Made by a program: the position numbers and the translations under genes
NCBI GenBank assembly: GCA_021399345.1
Contig: JAAFKI010000144.1
Coordinates: 1 to 53,257 of the forward strand
Source of the DNA: Candidatus Heimdallarchaeota archaeon
Lineage (GTDB): Archaea; Asgardarchaeota; Heimdallarchaeia; Heimdallarchaeales; Heimdallarchaeaceae
Length of the DNA: 53,257 nt
Direction: 5' to 3'
Shown here: positions 49,301-53,257 of the stretch, piece by piece
How the letters are laid out: each line of letters opens with the position of its first letter
How positions within the stretch are numbered: position 1 is the first letter of the stretch
Notes under the pieces: generated by a model
The model's input: only the letters and a program-made list of their open reading frames with translations
What the model was told of the DNA's origin: nothing
Databases searched by the model: none

Positions 49301-51004
49301 ATGAGAAAGATGTCTATTATAACTCCTGAAGCTTCATTCATTTTTGTTTATGTCGCATTGTTATATAATGCGGGTTTATCACTAAAGCTGATTTACAATT
49401 CTCTATCAAATCCTCTTTATGAACGGAAAGCATGGAATTTATCATCTGCTGGGTTAATCTTTGTAGGAACGATTCTTTTCTTCTTCTGGTTTAACTTCTC
49501 ATTGTCAGTAGATTTTGTTTGGGGGGGTTTAGTGGGCTGTTTTCTTCTGTTTGTAAACAACCTGTTAGCTACAATTTTAGCATTTAAAAATTCAATTGAA
49601 GTTTCAAGATGGGGTAAAGCTAACTATATTTTCTTCACAGTTTTATCTTTGCAGTCATTTATGCTTTTACTAAATTTCATAGAAGCTCAAACAACTTTTG
49701 GTTTGCCTGGAATTCTAGAATGGATTATGATTATTCCTTCAATTGGATATTCAGCTTTCCAAGCTTTTCTATATGGTCCAGTAGGTTATTTCTTTCCTGC
49801 ACTTCTTTTGATTCCCCTTGCAGCCCCTATTAAATTTATGAGACCTCCTGAACCAGAACCGGAACCTAAGAAAACTCCAACTAAAAAAACCAAAAAACAA
49901 GGTAAAGATTCAAAAGAGAGTGTTTTTACAGAAGAGATTGAGATTCCAGAACAGAAGAAACCAGCAATGTGGAAAACACTACTTTCTTTTCTAGATAATG
50001 GATCAAAAGGAATATTTGCTGTTCTATTCATTTTACTAATGGTTTTTAGCCTTCTAAATATTGGTACATTCACTTCATTTAGTGATTTTAAAGGCTCAAA
50101 TTATAAACCTACATATCCTGAAAGAACTGATTTTGAATTCAGTGTATCATTAAAGACAATTACTTATCAACAAACCCTACTGACTAACTATGAAGCTATC
50201 TTTCAAGAGGAACTAGTTTTAATCAAGGAATTGAATGTTTCCACTGTAAGAATTGACGTTAAAGCAGAGATTGTTGATAATAATCTAACAGAACTTATAG
50301 ATATCACAGAGCAACTCCATGCAAATGGTTTCAAAATCATGCTATCAACGTATGGATATGGTTTTCCAACATGGAATTATCAGGCAGTCAATTTCACTGA
50401 TTATGTTGATGTCATCGAACAGCAAGCTAAAACATTGATTCTTAACTGTACTCCTGAATATCTTCTTATCTATCCAGAACCACTCGGTTTCTCTTCAGCA
50501 TTTGTTAGAGAATTACAGACTCCTGTAGTTTGGGCATCTACAATAAACGATTCATTGAACTATCTTAGATCTTTTACAAATGATACAGAGATTGGCGTAA
50601 ATCTCTCGTTTAATGATTTTGACAAATATACACATGAAACTAGTGTATTTGAAGAATTATGGGTTAATACTACTCTTGATTTCATGGGTATCGACTTTTA
50701 CATAATACATGGAAGGGATCTAAATTTAGACCTATATCTTGAAGATGTAACAAGTAACACAAAAGAATTCTGGGTGTGTGAATTTGGTGTATCAGCAGTC
50801 ATGTATGGTGAGAGAATTCAAGAAGCAGCTTTAGCTAGATTACTTGAGATATGCGTAAAAGAAAGCAGGATAAAAGGTTTCAATTATTTCTCATTAATAG
50901 ATGACTTAGCAGGTGGAAATTCACTCGGATTAGTTGGGCAAACTGGCCACCGTAGGCTTTCATTTTATAGATATCAAGAAATTATCAACAAAGTTGTTTT
51001 ATAG
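49301..51004 (+). CDS. Polytopic membrane protein with C-terminal clan GH-A-like glycoside hydrolase barrel
   Basis: About 6-7 TMs; LNVSTVRID, YPEP, DFMGIDFY, WVCEFG. Confidence 0.65.
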   Translation: MRKMSIITPEASFIFVYVALLYNAGLSLKLIYNSLSNPLYERKAWNLSSAGLIFVGTILFFFWFNFSLSVDFVWGGLVGCFLLFVNNLLATILAFKNSIEVSRWGKANYIFFTVLSLQSFMLLLNFIEAQTTFGLPGILEWIMIIPSIGYSAFQAFLYGPVGYFFPALLLIPLAAPIKFMRPPEPEPEPKKTPTKKTKKQGKDSKESVFTEEIEIPEQKKPAMWKTLLSFLDNGSKGIFAVLFILLMVFSLLNIGTFTSFSDFKGSNYKPTYPERTDFEFSVSLKTITYQQTLLTNYEAIFQEELVLIKELNVSTVRIDVKAEIVDNNLTELIDITEQLHANGFKIMLSTYGYGFPTWNYQAVNFTDYVDVIEQQAKTLILNCTPEYLLIYPEPLGFSSAFVRELQTPVVWASTINDSLNYLRSFTNDTEIGVNLSFNDFDKYTHETSVFEELWVNTTLDFMGIDFYIIHGRDLNLDLYLEDVTSNTKEFWVCEFGVSAVMYGERIQEAALARLLEICVKESRIKGFNYFSLIDDLAGGNSLGLVGQTGHRRLSFYRYQEIINKVVL

Positions 51005-51011
51005 AAATAAT

Positions 51012-51085
51012 GAAGAACTGCCTCAGACCGCCCATCAGCGATCATATTATCACACGACCGTTGTGTCATCATTAGCTAATTCCTC
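51012..51085 (-). ncRNA. Box C/D guide sRNA, dual guide (predicted targets equivalent to 16S C1402 and 23S 2590)
   Basis: Minus strand: gaggaattagcta-ATGATGA(C)-cacaacggtcgt-GTGA(D')-taat-ATGATCG(C')-ctgatgggcggt-CTGA(D)-ggcagttcttc; two 12-nt guides and a terminal stem. Confidence 0.88.
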
Positions 51086-51105
51086 AAGGAAAATAATCGA
51101 GTTTT

Positions 51106-51120
51106 GGTTTAAAGTTTTCG
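51106..51120 (-). promoter_or_regulatory. BRE/TATA promoter of the C/D sRNA
   Basis: cgaaaacTTTAAAcc on the minus strand, about 23 nt upstream of the terminal stem. Confidence 0.6.
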
Positions 51121-51128
51121 ATAATCCA

Positions 51129-52355
51129 CTATATAGACATTGCTTGAGCCATGGAAATGTATCCTTCAACCTCACTTTTAGCAGTTCTAACAAAATCTAA
51201 TAGCTGTTCAAGGTTGCCCTCTGAAGCACTTAGGTGAGTCTCTTCAAGCCTTTTCATAGCTTCCTCAAATTTTGATAACGCATCTTTGAATTGTTCTTGA
51301 TCAAAAAGAGCAATTCCCTCTGTTTCTGAAGCTAGTGCTTCATAGAAAGATCTTTGAGCAGTCATATTTTTTATAAGTGATTCGCTCTTAATACTTGATA
51401 GAAGACCCAAAGCAACATCTACTGATTCAACCGCTTCTTTGAATTTACTACTTGCATCTATTGGATTATCTCTTCTTTTATAGAGCTCATTAGCTTCAGA
51501 TTCAAATTGACTGGCTTGGGTGATTCTAGATAAAGCTAGGTACAAACGTTGTTCCATAAAATTTGAACAAATTACACTTGCTCGAGAATAATATTTAGAT
51601 GCTATTGCAAAAAACCTTAAAGCTTCATTGAAGTTACTTACTATTATATTCTCTGTCCCTTGATCCCAGAATAACTCAGCCCTACCGATTATATGTGATT
51701 TAGTTATCTCATCTATCTTGTTTTGCATATCTTCCATTTCTTCATCAAGTGATTTGAACAAAAAGTTGGCTTTCATTAATTCTGTTCTTGCATAAAGAAG
51801 GTGTTTCTTTGACTCTTTTGTGTTATCTGTGATTGATTCGGAAAGTCTCAACTCATAGAGATATTTTGCATAGCTTATTCTTGAGTTTGAAACAGTCACA
51901 TCAATTGGATTATCGTCACTTTTGCGATTTTCTGTAAATTCTTCAAAGAAACCAATTGCTTCTTTTGCTGCTTGAATTTGATTCTCTACGTTTTGATCAA
52001 GAAATGAATTGCAAATTCGACACATACCCTCAGCATAATTTATCCATTTAACCATTTCATTGAAAATTCTATCTCCTTCTCTCCCTCTAGAAGCTTTTGC
52101 TCTTATTAGCAACTTCAGTGATTCTTCAAAGTTTTTTCGAGCATCAGCTTTCTTATCCTTTTTGAACAATTCATCTCCTTTAACAACATAAAGCATTCCA
52201 GCATAATAGTATGATAAAACTTTGAATGCAACGTTAGCTTCTCCTGCTTCTTTAAATTCATTATACAGTTTAGAATATTCATTATATGATGATTTTAGAT
52301 TTGAATAGACGGGTTCATAATGTAAAAATTGGAATTCAAGACTCTTTGTACTCAA
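51129..52355 (-). CDS. TPR-like alpha-solenoid protein
   Basis: Repeated helix pairs (DARKNFEES, EALRFFAIAS, DASSKFKEA, DALSKFEEA). Confidence 0.7.
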   Translation of the reverse strand: MSTKSLEFQFLHYEPVYSNLKSSYNEYSKLYNEFKEAGEANVAFKVLSYYYAGMLYVVKGDELFKKDKKADARKNFEESLKLLIRAKASRGREGDRIFNEMVKWINYAEGMCRICNSFLDQNVENQIQAAKEAIGFFEEFTENRKSDDNPIDVTVSNSRISYAKYLYELRLSESITDNTKESKKHLLYARTELMKANFLFKSLDEEMEDMQNKIDEITKSHIIGRAELFWDQGTENIIVSNFNEALRFFAIASKYYSRASVICSNFMEQRLYLALSRITQASQFESEANELYKRRDNPIDASSKFKEAVESVDVALGLLSSIKSESLIKNMTAQRSFYEALASETEGIALFDQEQFKDALSKFEEAMKRLEETHLSASEGNLEQLLDFVRTAKSEVEGYISMAQAMSI

Positions 52356-52462
52356 AGGAACACCAAAATAATAATAAAATACAAAAATAAAAAAGTAACT
52401 ATTGTTTTGTTCGTGTAAAAAGAGATAAAAATAGGCAGAAAAATACTCTATTAACTCTCATA

Positions 52463-53137
52463 GTGATAAAGATGACAAAATTACTTCCTTTAGTTGTTTT
52501 TGATATGGATGGAACAATAATTCAATCAAATATAGATTATTTTGGTACAAGGCAGAAAATATGGGAAATTTTGAAAGAAACTGTAAGTAAAAACCATTAT
52601 GAGGAAATTGTAGGTTCTCCAAGATCAATTATTGAGCTAGTCGATTTATTAGAAAGAAACGATGAAACTAATACAAAAATGAAACTAGCTTGGGAAATAA
52701 TAGAAAGAAGCGAGAAAGAAGGCTATGAAGATGCTAAAGTCAATGAAGACGTTTATGAAACACTTGAATTCCTTAAGACGAAAGGGTACACATTAACTAT
52801 CTTTACAAATAACTCCAGAGAGTTAACAAACTATGGTCTTAAGAAATATAATCTTCAGAGATACTTTGACTTTGTACTTACTAGAGACGATGTAAAAAAG
52901 CCTAAACCTCATCCTGAAGGTTTGGAAATAACAATGAAGAGATTTTCCACTCAGAATAACAATGTGGTGTTTGTAGGAGATAGCTGGATTGATGCAGAGA
53001 CTGCTGTGAATGCGGGAGTCAAATTTATTTATTTTGGCTCAGAAGGAGCTACTGGGACAAGAAGAAAAGTAATCAAACCAGATCATACTGTAGAATTCAT
53101 GAATGAATTGATCCCAATTGTCGATAACCTTTGGTAA
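52463..53137 (+). CDS. HAD-superfamily phosphatase (phosphoglycolate phosphatase-like)
   Basis: FDMDGT, FTNN, KPKPHP, VGDSWID, NAG. Confidence 0.92.
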   Translation: MIKMTKLLPLVVFDMDGTIIQSNIDYFGTRQKIWEILKETVSKNHYEEIVGSPRSIIELVDLLERNDETNTKMKLAWEIIERSEKEGYEDAKVNEDVYETLEFLKTKGYTLTIFTNNSRELTNYGLKKYNLQRYFDFVLTRDDVKKPKPHPEGLEITMKRFSTQNNNVVFVGDSWIDAETAVNAGVKFIYFGSEGATGTRRKVIKPDHTVEFMNELIPIVDNLW

Positions 53138-53257
53138 GTTCGATACTTCTGTGCGAAAGAGATATATTATCACGAAAGGAATCATATTTGACTCATATGA
53201 AACCGAAAAAAATTGTAAATTCTGTTTTGATTTTGCTTATTTTTTCTTCCGTCCTTA

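Noticed and set aside
1354-50073. Numerous 60-130 aa ORFs nested in or antisense to recognised genes
   Set aside because: Explained by the codon structure of the real genes; no independent evidence
50934-51200. 88-aa plus-strand ORF
   Set aside because: Overlaps two real genes and the C/D sRNA; no protein-like features
1-53257. tRNA, rRNA, SRP RNA, RNase P RNA, provirus or defence island
   Set aside because: No cloverleaf or long GC-rich structured intergenic segment, and no integrase, capsid or defence motif recognised by eye; a covariance-model scan was not possible

Overview
AT-rich, gene-dense archaeal chromosome segment. The archaeal core genes (TFB, RNAP subunit P, aIF1/SUI1, archaeal-type GlyRS, short PurA, Ski2-like helicase, four-subunit 2-oxoacid:ferredoxin oxidoreductase) occur together with many eukaryote-signature-like proteins, which points to an Asgard archaeon, probably Heimdallarchaeia-like (inference). 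The signature-like set includes a Rab-like GTPase, longin/roadblock proteins, an NPRL2-like longin-wHTH protein, a GIFT/IFT52-like protein, and TRAP-beta-, OST5/TMEM258-, CCDC47- and Get3-like proteins. Best candidates for something new: (1) a 287-aa ORF that aligns by eye along its length with kinetochore protein CENP-N/Chl4; (2) an unannotated dual-guide box C/D sRNA (51012-51085, minus strand) predicted to methylate the sites equivalent to 16S C1402 and 23S 2590; (3) a dispersed ER-translocon accessory set; (4) a coupled GIFT + multi-longin + membrane-TPR cluster. The window also has two genes with single in-frame stops (fumC and a PHP hydrolase), a TnpB remnant, four DegV paralogues and a class II CCA-adding enzyme. 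No CRISPR array, tRNA or rRNA was seen. All eukaryotic comparisons are by-eye alignments to remembered sequences and need profile or structure confirmation.
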